Origin: Candidatus Saccharimonadota bacterium | GTDB lineage: Bacteria; Patescibacteriota; Microgenomatia; UBA1406; GWC2-37-13 | Reading direction: 5' to 3' | Assembly: GCA_016700135.1 (NCBI GenBank) | Contig: CP065004.1 | Span: forward strand, 930,001 to 962,000 | Length of the DNA stretch: 32,000 bases | Shown: piece after piece, positions 1-7,581 of the stretch | Numbering within the stretch: position 1 is the first letter of the stretch | How the letters are laid out: the number at the start of each line of letters is the position of its first letter | Notes under the pieces: generated by a model | Told to the model about the DNA's origin: nothing | Database searches by the model: none | Seen by the model: only the letters and a program-made list of their open reading frames with translations | Made by a program: the position numbers and the translations under genes

Positions 1-871
1 TTACTGACTGAATGGCTTTTTCATATTTTTTCTCATTCAGGTATTCCACAAGATGAGGCAGTAGAAGCACTTGTATGCCGATGGTCATGACACTGGTTGC
101 AAGCGAGAAGATTTTCGAAACGAGATTCAGATACACCATGTATCCTTCAGGCAGATATGAAGCATAGGAGCGGATAATGATTGTATCGCTTCGTATCATG
201 AATTGACCGACTATAAGAGGAGCTAGAGAAATGAGGATCGGGGTAATATTATGGAACTCCAATTTCGGGAAAGTTTTAAATTTCGGTACGACAAAGAGGA
301 TCTGGAAGACGATATTAAGCACAAATCCCATTACTAATGCCCAGATACCTGCCACATTGAAAAGGGTGACTATCAGAAGCAAGTTGGTGATGCTTCCGAC
401 AAGCTGTGCCAGCGGGAAACGGAAAAAGTGTTTTTGTACGTAATAATACGCACCGAAAGTGGTTGCGATAAATGCAAATGGGATACTCCAGAACAAAACC
501 CGCATCTGTCCGGCGACGTTTGAAGTAAACTCCTCAGTACTTCCCGGATACAGCAGTTTGCTGAGCGGACCGGAAAACAAGGTGATGACTCCTGCTGTTA
601 TAACTGCGAAAATCCCGAGACTCAGCACCAGAGACGATACATATCTTTCATATGATTTTTGGTTTTTCTTCTCACCCAGAAGCGGAAGAAGCACGTTGTT
701 CAGAGATCCGTAAATAACAGTCACAATAATCGAGGGAATTGCGACTGCGGCAAGAAAAATATCAACTTCCTGAGAAGCTCCGAAAATCCTTGTGATGACG
801 ATCTGACTCACCAGCTGAATGAACAGTGAAATGACGAAAATCAGTGTGACAACAAAGCTTTTTTTCAGCAT
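1..871 (-). CDS. murJ: Lipid II flippase MurJ/MviN family (MOP superfamily), N-terminal ~290 aa; the gene runs off the left window edge
   Basis: Absent from the ORF track because it has no in-window stop. My reverse-strand translation from the ATG at 871..869 reads MLKKSFVVTLIFVISLFIQLVSQIVITRIFGASQEVDIFLAAVAIPSIIVTVIYGSLNNVLLPLLGEKK... and stays open to position 1. It has a MurJ-like RIFGAS..D.F..A..IP N-terminus and many hydrophobic spans. GGAGG lies ~6 nt upstream, and the ATG is 1 nt after the stop of the upstream gene. Confidence 0.65.
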   Translation of the reverse strand, partial: MLKKSFVVTLIFVISLFIQLVSQIVITRIFGASQEVDIFLAAVAIPSIIVTVIYGSLNNVLLPLLGEKKNQKSYERYVSSLVLSLGIFAVITAGVITLFSGPLSKLLYPGSTEEFTSNVAGQMRVLFWSIPFAFIATTFGAYYYVQKHFFRFPLAQLVGSITNLLLIVTLFNVAGIWALVMGFVLNIVFQILFVVPKFKTFPKLEFHNITPILISLAPLIVGQFMIRSDTIIIRSYASYLPEGYMVYLNLVSKIFSLATSVMTIGIQVLLLPHLVEYLNEKKYEKAIQSV

Positions 872-872
872 A

Positions 873-2372
873 TTACTCCTCCATCCCCCAACTGTAAATC
901 TCAATCGGCCATTTGTCAGTCGGAGAAACCTCAAGACTTTCGACCCGATACTCAAGTTTCATATTTTTCTTGGCGTATTGCTTGATGTCTTCGGGCAGGA
1001 TACTCTCCCAGTCCTCGACGATGAGAAGTCCTTTTTCATGTTTTGATTGTTCCTTGAGAAAGTCTTTGAGAGTTCCGTACTCCATGACGTTATTCACAAC
1101 GTGAGGACGCGGCGGATTTGCGTGTTTGGCAAAGTAAGCATCGGCATTCGGTTTTTCAGTCAGGTACCATCTCTGTGCGTCGATGATATCATTGAAAATT
1201 ATCATGTCCTGATAATTCGGATATTTTTTTTCGATGAATGCAAAAGCGTCTTTGTAGTTGGCATTTTGGACATCGGCGTAGAGGTCCGCATTCGGACTGT
1301 AGTAGACAGCAGGTTTCCTGGAGATTTTGTATCCGCCAGTGAGAAGTATGAGAGCGATAATTCCGCAGATGAGACCGCTTTGTTTATTAAACATCTTTTC
1401 CCCGGCTCTTGCCCAAAATACTCCGAAAAACACATAGAGTACCGGGAAAAGCGGAAGAATATATCGTATGTTGTGAGAGGGTTTAAAAAAAGTCCATAAA
1501 AATAATAGAGCCATCCCCCACAACCCAATTCCGAATACTGCTCCAATGTATTTTTTATATGAGAGGAGTAACCCAAACAAAGCCGGTAGGACAAGAAACA
1601 GATACTGTCTGGCAAAAAGCTCCCGTAAGTATGTGACATTGTTGACTTTTGAAGAGTTGAGATTAAGTAGATGCTGATAGGCTTGAGAGACATAAACAAA
1701 AAGAAGAATTCCCAGTATCCCCAGAGCAGTCCATATAAGATGCTTCTTTGCAAACGAAAACAGGGATTTTCGGTAATGAATGATGATAAATCCGCCGTAA
1801 ATTACAAAAAACAAAGATGCAACGATATGAAAAAGCCAGGCGACAAATGACAAAACTACTACTCCGACGTGTAGTAATATTTGCTTTTTTCTCTGAAGAT
1901 TCTTTTGGGATAATAGCTGAAGACAGTATACGATTGCAAGGATGATGGCAGTCAGCGCTGCATATGAACGTGCCTGTGTAGCATATGCCAGATTGAGTTC
2001 TGCAAACGAGTACAAGAATGCGGAAAGAAGACCGCCTGCTTTGTTTGAAAAGTTCTTTCCGACAAGATATGCCAAAAATATGCCGACGGTTCCGAAGATG
2101 ACCGAAGGAATTCGGGCTGCCCATTCAGAAACTCCAAATATGAAAAATGATACTGACATCACGATCACTTGAAGTGGTTGATATGATGCTCCTACTATAG
2201 AAAACAGATCAGTAATTGCTGTTTTACCTTGAGCAATATCGCGGGAAATACTTGCGATATATGATTCATCAGCCCAAAAGGAATGATCTGCTGAGATCCC
2301 ACGAAGTCTGAATAAAAAACCGAGAACGATGATTCCTGTAAGCATGAGATAAGGAAGATATTTTGATTTCAT
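873..2372 (-). CDS. GT-C fold glycosyltransferase, family 39/83 (PMT / ArnT-like, polyprenol-phosphate-sugar dependent)
   Basis: 499-aa ORF. N-terminal TM helix is followed by LRGISADHSFWADESY (Asp/Glu loop-1 motif typical of PMT/ArnT enzymes). About 11 predicted TM spans, then a ~130-aa soluble C-terminal domain. Translationally coupled to murJ. Confidence 0.6.
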   Translation of the reverse strand: MKSKYLPYLMLTGIIVLGFLFRLRGISADHSFWADESYIASISRDIAQGKTAITDLFSIVGASYQPLQVIVMSVSFFIFGVSEWAARIPSVIFGTVGIFLAYLVGKNFSNKAGGLLSAFLYSFAELNLAYATQARSYAALTAIILAIVYCLQLLSQKNLQRKKQILLHVGVVVLSFVAWLFHIVASLFFVIYGGFIIIHYRKSLFSFAKKHLIWTALGILGILLFVYVSQAYQHLLNLNSSKVNNVTYLRELFARQYLFLVLPALFGLLLSYKKYIGAVFGIGLWGMALLFLWTFFKPSHNIRYILPLFPVLYVFFGVFWARAGEKMFNKQSGLICGIIALILLTGGYKISRKPAVYYSPNADLYADVQNANYKDAFAFIEKKYPNYQDMIIFNDIIDAQRWYLTEKPNADAYFAKHANPPRPHVVNNVMEYGTLKDFLKEQSKHEKGLLIVEDWESILPEDIKQYAKKNMKLEYRVESLEVSPTDKWPIEIYSWGMEE

Positions 2373-2409
2373 ATGGTATTACTTTATTTATAGCAGAAAT
2401 TGGCCCTAT

Positions 2410-3456
2410 TTAGGTAACCCAACGCATAAAATGTTTATAATTCCGTTTCAATATATGATCAACAGTTGAGATAAGCGGAATATGGTTTTTTTTCGATTTA
2501 AGATTGCCGATCCCTTGCAAACTTCCGATCAATATAAATACGAATGACCAAGATGCAAGGTTTATTGCAGCCTGATCCATCATAGATACAAGTAATAGTG
2601 GGCAGACTAAAAGAAATACTAACGCAAGCATGAATGTGGACTCAGTTAGCATCCGGTGATGGAGAGACAATAATATCCATGCTAAAGCTCCAAAAAAGAA
2701 TCCAACGGAGTGAATTGATGGAAAAAGTATTGAGGAAGTGAATAAGAGAATAGATAGAATTACCACTGTAGGTTGCAGCAATACTTTTACAATTCTTTCT
2801 GAGGTCAAATTTGAAATAAAGTCACGGTATCGTTTATACAGGAAGATCCCTAAATAATAGAAAAAAACAGAAGAAATATAAAATATACTGTTTCTCGAAT
2901 GGAACATGGTAAAGCTATATTGAGATATTTTTTCTTTCAGAAAACTTTGGATTTGTTCTGGTTTTTTCAGAACAGTTGTCCGATCAAATTGGTACAGTAC
3001 TTCATAGGGATAAGTTTCATTCTTCAATAAAACAAAGTTGTTAGTGTTTTCTTCTGGAGTAATTGTAAATACATATTTTTCTCTCATCTTCTGTTCAATA
3101 GGAGGGAAACCAAACGGAAAATCATTTTTATAATATATATCATGTATCGAGTAGTTGTTCTGATACAGTATTTTGTGAGAGGTTTCCTCAGTCAGCGTGA
3201 AAGTAATTGATCCTTTTGCGGATTCTGGTTGTTGAAAATGAAAAATTACTGTTCCGATTTTACCAATATCGGGTGGTATCCGTCCCGATATCCTTTCGCT
3301 ATTGTTCGTAACAAGTCCTGTTTCATCAATCTTCCGTACAATCGAAAAGAATCTTCCGTCATGTAGGTAGATTGATATCGCATATAGACAAAAACTTAAT
3401 ACAAAAATCCCGAGAGGGATAAAGAATAATCGTATGATGTTTTTTCGATACTTCAT
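2410..3456 (-). CDS. Polytopic membrane protein of unknown function (N-terminal TM, ~170-aa extracytoplasmic domain, 4-5 C-terminal TM helices)
   Basis: 348-aa ORF with an ATG start, co-directional with and 37 nt upstream of the GT39 gene. I recognise no family motif. Confidence 0.55.
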   Translation of the reverse strand: MKYRKNIIRLFFIPLGIFVLSFCLYAISIYLHDGRFFSIVRKIDETGLVTNNSERISGRIPPDIGKIGTVIFHFQQPESAKGSITFTLTEETSHKILYQNNYSIHDIYYKNDFPFGFPPIEQKMREKYVFTITPEENTNNFVLLKNETYPYEVLYQFDRTTVLKKPEQIQSFLKEKISQYSFTMFHSRNSIFYISSVFFYYLGIFLYKRYRDFISNLTSERIVKVLLQPTVVILSILLFTSSILFPSIHSVGFFFGALAWILLSLHHRMLTESTFMLALVFLLVCPLLLVSMMDQAAINLASWSFVFILIGSLQGIGNLKSKKNHIPLISTVDHILKRNYKHFMRWVT

Positions 3457-3470
3457 TGAATAACAGTTGT

Positions 3471-3499
3471 TTAGTAATGAGGGTTTTTCATTATATAAT
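3471..3499 (+). promoter_or_regulatory. Candidate sigma70-type promoter (TTAGTA-17 nt-TATAAT) that would give a leaderless rfbF mRNA
   Basis: TTAGTA at 3471..3476, a 17-nt spacer, and a perfect TATAAT at 3494..3499. The rfbF ATG starts at 3506, exactly 7 nt after the -10 hexamer, which is the expected +1 position. There is no Shine-Dalgarno between them. Confidence 0.35.
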
Positions 3500-3505
3500 A
3501 CCTAT

Positions 3506-4282
3506 ATGAAAACTATTATACTCTGCGGCGGAACGGGAACTCGACTGAAAGAAGAAACTGAGTTTAAACCGAAACCGATGGTTTTCATTGGGAACAAACC
3601 GATCCTCTGGCATATTATGAAAATATATGCAGCAGCAGGATTCAATGAGTTTATTCTTGCGCTCGGATACAAAGCTGACTACATCAAGGATTTTTTTCTC
3701 AATCAGAAGGCATTTACTGCTGACTTTACTCTTCATACGAAAGATCATCAAACTACGTACTACCTGGAAAATCGAAAGGAAATTGACAATTTTACTATTA
3801 CGTTTGTTGATACAGGAATCGACACTCAGCCGGGAGAGCGTGTCCTTCGATGCCAGGATTATATTCCGAAAGAAGATAAATATTTTATGTTGAATTACGG
3901 AGATGGAGTGTCAGATGTAGATGTAAAAAAGATTGTTGATTTTCATAAAAAACAAAAAACTCTAGGGACGATAACAGGTGTCCATCCCAGATCAAAGTTC
4001 GGTGTTGTCAAGGTAAATAATAACGGGATTGTACAGAAATTTGATGAAAAACCAATTACTTCAGAATGGATAAATGCGGGGTTTATGGTTTTCAACCGTG
4101 AAGCTCTGAAGTATTTCCGACCAGGAGAGCTTGAACACCCAGCACTTCGAAGACTTGCACGAGAAAAGAAGTTATCGCTGTATCCTCATGAGGGATTTTG
4201 GTACTGTATGGATACCTATAAGGAAGTTGAAGAGTTAAACGAAATGTGGGAAAGTGATTCTCCCCCGTGGAAAATCTGGTAA
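3506..4282 (+). CDS. rfbF: Glucose-1-phosphate cytidylyltransferase
   Basis: MKTIILCGGTGTRLKEETEFKPKPMVFIGNKPILWHIMKIYAAAGFNEFILALGYKADYIKDFF is the characteristic RfbF/DdhA N-terminus. Length from this ATG (258 aa) fits the family. The track ORF starts at an upstream TTG (3467), which I consider unlikely. Confidence 0.85.
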   Translation: MKTIILCGGTGTRLKEETEFKPKPMVFIGNKPILWHIMKIYAAAGFNEFILALGYKADYIKDFFLNQKAFTADFTLHTKDHQTTYYLENRKEIDNFTITFVDTGIDTQPGERVLRCQDYIPKEDKYFMLNYGDGVSDVDVKKIVDFHKKQKTLGTITGVHPRSKFGVVKVNNNGIVQKFDEKPITSEWINAGFMVFNREALKYFRPGELEHPALRRLAREKKLSLYPHEGFWYCMDTYKEVEELNEMWESDSPPWKIW

Positions 4283-4286
4283 AACT

Positions 4287-5246
4287 ATGAACACACTAAA
4301 AGGTAAAAAAATACTGGTCACAGGCGGCACGGGTTTTGTCGGATCACATCTGGTGAAAGCTCTTATCGAACAGGGAGCCCATGTTGTGACCACTTTTCTT
4401 CAACTTGATCCGCTCTCCTATTTCATGACGGAAGAACTTGATAAAAAAACAGTGATGGAGCGCATTGATCTTGTGGATTTTGATCGTGTATTTGATCTTG
4501 TCACGAAGCATGAAGTTGAATATATTTTTCATCTTGCAGCGCAGCCCTTGGTTGATGTCGCATATTACAATCCCCGCCGCACTCTTGAGTCCAATATCAA
4601 CGGAACTATAAATATTCTGGAAAGTGCCAGGCTTTATCCGAAAGTAAAAGGAATTCTTGTTGCTTCATCTGATAAGGCATACGGTAAACACGGAGAGATC
4701 AAATACAAAGAAACTGATGCTCTCAAAGGTGATCATCCGTATGAGGTGTCAAAGTCCGCTGCAGATCTCATCTGCACATCATATGCAAAGACATATGATC
4801 TTCCGGTTGTCATAACACGTTTCGGAAATATTTACGGTGAGGGCGATTTGAATTTTTCACGAATTATCCCCGGGATTATGCGTTCACTTATCACAAAAGA
4901 AACACTTGAGCTTCGAAGTGACGGTACGTTTGTCCGAGATTACCTGTATGTCAAAGATGTCGTGGATGGCTATATCCGTCTTGCTGAGAATATAGAAAAC
5001 GCAAAAGGAAAAGCCTATAATTTCGGTTCGGATGATACTCTTTCAGTATTGGAATTGATAGATACGATAGAAAAGAGCCTAAAAACGAAAATTTCTTATG
5101 ATATTCTGAATACTGCCAAGAATGAGATCCCCTATCAATCTCTTGATTATTCAAAGATAAGAAAGGAATTCAACTGGAAACCAGAATATAGCGTAAAGAA
5201 TACCGCACAATCTATCAAGAAGTGGTATGTCGGGGTATTCGGTTAA
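4287..5246 (+). CDS. rfbG: CDP-glucose 4,6-dehydratase-like extended SDR
   Basis: GKKILVTGGTGFVGSHL Rossmann motif, IFHLAAQPLVDVAYYNPRRTLESNINGT (AAQPLV block typical of RfbG/DdhB), SSDKAYG, and the YEVSK catalytic YxxxK. Starts 5 nt after the rfbF stop. Confidence 0.65.
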   Translation: MNTLKGKKILVTGGTGFVGSHLVKALIEQGAHVVTTFLQLDPLSYFMTEELDKKTVMERIDLVDFDRVFDLVTKHEVEYIFHLAAQPLVDVAYYNPRRTLESNINGTINILESARLYPKVKGILVASSDKAYGKHGEIKYKETDALKGDHPYEVSKSAADLICTSYAKTYDLPVVITRFGNIYGEGDLNFSRIIPGIMRSLITKETLELRSDGTFVRDYLYVKDVVDGYIRLAENIENAKGKAYNFGSDDTLSVLELIDTIEKSLKTKISYDILNTAKNEIPYQSLDYSKIRKEFNWKPEYSVKNTAQSIKKWYVGVFG

Positions 5247-6406
5247 GCGTGTTTTACTGATGGCTCTCTGCTTTTCTTGGATGATTTTTTCGATTTCTGC
5301 TTTTCTTCTTCCGGTGCGGACAGTTCAATTCCCCGTTCATAAATGCTCTGCTTAAGATCTTCATTATAGGCATATGGACTATCAATATCATCAATAAATA
5401 TGGGCTGGTTCTTTTTTATTGGATTTCTTAGCACTTCTCCGTCCATGAGTTCCCGACAGGAAATCTGACCCTTCAAAAGCGGTATTGCCATATATACATC
5501 TTTATCTGTCAGGACATGTCCTTCCGGCAGGTTTTTCTTTGCATAAACACCTCGAACCAGCTGGTCAAGATACGTTGTTTCTTTATCTGGAGGGGTTCTT
5601 TTTATATCTGCTGATCCTCCACACATTGCACGAGCCTGATGAAATGATTTAAACCAAGTATCAATCTGATGAGGTAATGAGCAGTAAGGCGAGACAGGGA
5701 TACCGTCTTTCTCAATATCAATATGACGTTCCCAGGTACGGGCACCTTTCGCGTATGAAAGAAGCATGGATGAATACCAGTCCGTGTATTCGTGTGTTGA
5801 AAATCCTATCACATGCTCTGGATATCTTTTTTTCAAAAAATCAACTTGGTTCAGTTCTAATTCATTATTTTCCGATGGATAAATTGAAACACAGTGATTT
5901 ATAGCAAGAGGAATATTTCTATTTTCAAAAAACGTGACCAGATCGTCCATATCTTTCAATGATGATCCTCCGGTTGAAACAATAACAGGTTTCTTTGTTG
6001 CAGCAATTTTCTCAATCAACACCCAATCGTTGATATCAGAACTTGCAATTTTGATAATCGGCAGATCAAGTTTGACACAAAGGTCTACTGATTTCTCATC
6101 GAAAGGTGTAGCAGTTGGGATACAACCATTTTTTCGTATTGCATTGACGAGCACTGCATACTCTTCGTCTTTAAGGACTGTTGCTAAGGTCTTTTTTATG
6201 TACCGTACATCCGTACGGTTACGGTAATCTTTATGAATAAAAGTCTCAACATCCCTGAACTGCAACTTGATTGCAGCACGAACATTATTAAATCGGACAA
6301 TTTTTGCAAAATCGCTGATGATTTTTAGTCCACGGTTTACATCGCCCCAGTGATTGTTTGCTAATTCTAGGACAAAAAGGTCTTCAAAAATTTGGTTATT
6401 TATCAT
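5243..6406 (-). CDS. NeuB/SpsE/PseI-family PEP-dependent sugar aldolase (nonulosonic-acid-synthase-like) with SAF domain and a Lys-rich C-terminal tail
   Basis: LFVLELANNHWGDVNRGLKIISDFAKI...AIKLQFRD matches the NeuB (I/E)xxNHxGD...K(F/L)Q N-terminus. A TIM-barrel-length core is followed by a SAF-like segment (GHVLTDKDVYMAIP..GQISCREL..GEVLRNPIKKNQPI). The tail is EEEKQKSKKSSKKSREPSVKHA. I prefer the ATG at 6406; the track uses a GTG at 6442. Confidence 0.6.
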   Translation of the reverse strand: MINNQIFEDLFVLELANNHWGDVNRGLKIISDFAKIVRFNNVRAAIKLQFRDVETFIHKDYRNRTDVRYIKKTLATVLKDEEYAVLVNAIRKNGCIPTATPFDEKSVDLCVKLDLPIIKIASSDINDWVLIEKIAATKKPVIVSTGGSSLKDMDDLVTFFENRNIPLAINHCVSIYPSENNELELNQVDFLKKRYPEHVIGFSTHEYTDWYSSMLLSYAKGARTWERHIDIEKDGIPVSPYCSLPHQIDTWFKSFHQARAMCGGSADIKRTPPDKETTYLDQLVRGVYAKKNLPEGHVLTDKDVYMAIPLLKGQISCRELMDGEVLRNPIKKNQPIFIDDIDSPYAYNEDLKQSIYERGIELSAPEEEKQKSKKSSKKSREPSVKHA

Positions 6407-6527
6407 AAAGAGTTTAGATTTTAAATCGTGCTTATAGTACACCTAAAACAAGATGAAGTCAATACGACAGATAGGAAACAGTATCTGGTGTATAATTGTT
6501 ACACGTTATGAGTTCCAGCTTCATTAT

Positions 6528-7580
6528 ATGGCGGTAATACAGAAATGTCCGGTGTGTGAAAGTCCGGATACTTCCCTACTTTATACACAAAAATTTGCAG
6601 AACATTTTAAGCATGATATCACTGCCTGTAATAATTGTCATTTTATCTTTGTCAGTAATGCTCCAAGCCAAAAATACTATGACAAGTATTATAAGGTCAT
6701 GTCAAAGTATGAGCACGGGAGGGATGAAGACCTTCATAACAAATACTTCTCAATAGCCAAAAAATTTACACATAAAGACTCATCAATTCTTGATATAGGC
6801 TGTTCGACCGGCAATTTACTTCATATTTACAAGCAAGAAGGATACAGAAGTTTGTTGGGAGTCGATCCTTCACCTCGATGCAAATCTGTCGCAAAAAAGG
6901 AGTTCAACATTCCGGTGGAAACTGCCACAATCTCGTCATTCAAACCAGGAAAAAAGTTCCAGTATGTGATACTTGCAATGGTTTTGGAGCATTTGAAGGA
7001 TGTACGTGCAAACGTCGCAAAACTCGAAAAACTTGTAGACGAAAACGGCTATTTGTTTATTAGTGTACCGAATGCTGCAAGGTTTCATGAAGCGGTAGAA
7101 GAACCTTACTATGAGTTTTCTACTGAACATATCAACTTTTTCTCTCCAACACACCTGTTTTTACTAATGAAGAACTTTACTTGTGTTCATTTGGAAACAG
7201 ATGAGCGGGTAATATATTCAGTCTGGCAGAAAGGAAACAATCTGAAAAAAACAATGAGTTCATATATCTCCTTGTCAAAAAAACGGTTTCAGGATGTTAA
7301 AAAAACAATTGATAGTCTTCCACCTGAGATTCTAGTTTGGGGATCAGGAGCCTTGACACAGAAACTATTAAATTCTACCAATCTAGGTAAGAAGGTGTAT
7401 AAGTTTATTGACAGAAACAAACATCTTATCGGCTCAAAACTGAATAATGTAGATATTATTGCACCTTCCGATATTCATAAGTATGATTATCCGATCCTCA
7501 TATCCTCTTTCAGATTTCGAGATGAGATTCAAAAAGAAATTAAAGATCTCAAACTAAAAAATAAAGTTATAACGTTTTAG
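6528..7580 (+). CDS. Class I SAM-dependent methyltransferase with N-terminal Cys4 zinc ribbon and a C-terminal domain like that of NDP-hexose C-methyltransferases
   Basis: CPVCES...CNNCHF zinc ribbon. ILDIGCSTGNLL (motif I) ... LLGVDPS ... YVILAMVLEHL. C-terminal ILVWGSGALTQKLLNSTNLGKKVYKFIDRNKHLIGSKLNNVDIIAP resembles the C-methyltransferase C-terminal domain. I prefer the ATG at 6528 (MAVIQKCPVCE); the track start at 6453 adds 25 non-conserved residues. Confidence 0.6.
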   Translation: MAVIQKCPVCESPDTSLLYTQKFAEHFKHDITACNNCHFIFVSNAPSQKYYDKYYKVMSKYEHGRDEDLHNKYFSIAKKFTHKDSSILDIGCSTGNLLHIYKQEGYRSLLGVDPSPRCKSVAKKEFNIPVETATISSFKPGKKFQYVILAMVLEHLKDVRANVAKLEKLVDENGYLFISVPNAARFHEAVEEPYYEFSTEHINFFSPTHLFLLMKNFTCVHLETDERVIYSVWQKGNNLKKTMSSYISLSKKRFQDVKKTIDSLPPEILVWGSGALTQKLLNSTNLGKKVYKFIDRNKHLIGSKLNNVDIIAPSDIHKYDYPILISSFRFRDEIQKEIKDLKLKNKVITF

Positions 7581-7581
7581 A

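Noticed and set aside
1-3. TTA at the first three bases as the stop codon (reverse strand) of the murJ ORF
   Set aside because: It is not in the reading frame set by the ATG at 871..869 (871 nt is not a multiple of 3). The ORF simply continues beyond the window.
231-2172. Numerous 60-180-aa ORFs in the track (231..443, 459..713, 819..1046, 913..1104, 1047..1499, 1202..1753, 1663..2124, 1942..2172, 1952..2137)
   Set aside because: All lie inside, antisense to, or out of frame with the murJ and GT39 genes. Their translations are low-complexity or Arg/Ser/Cys-rich with no motifs. They are typical shadow ORFs of AT-rich membrane-protein genes.
1942-2372. An apparent 1-nt disagreement between my hand count of the printed sequence and the ORF-track coordinates around 1942..2372
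   Set aside because: This is most likely my own counting error in one printed line. Flanking checkpoints (873, 1047, 1753, 2124, 2410, 3456) agree with the track, so track coordinates were used.
5243-6406. Interpreting the NeuB-like gene as evidence for a standard sialic/legionaminic/pseudaminic acid pathway
   Set aside because: No CMP-nonulosonate synthetase, hydrolysing 2-epimerase or UDP-sugar dehydratase/aminotransferase/acetyltransferase set is present in the 32 kb. The call is kept at family level only.
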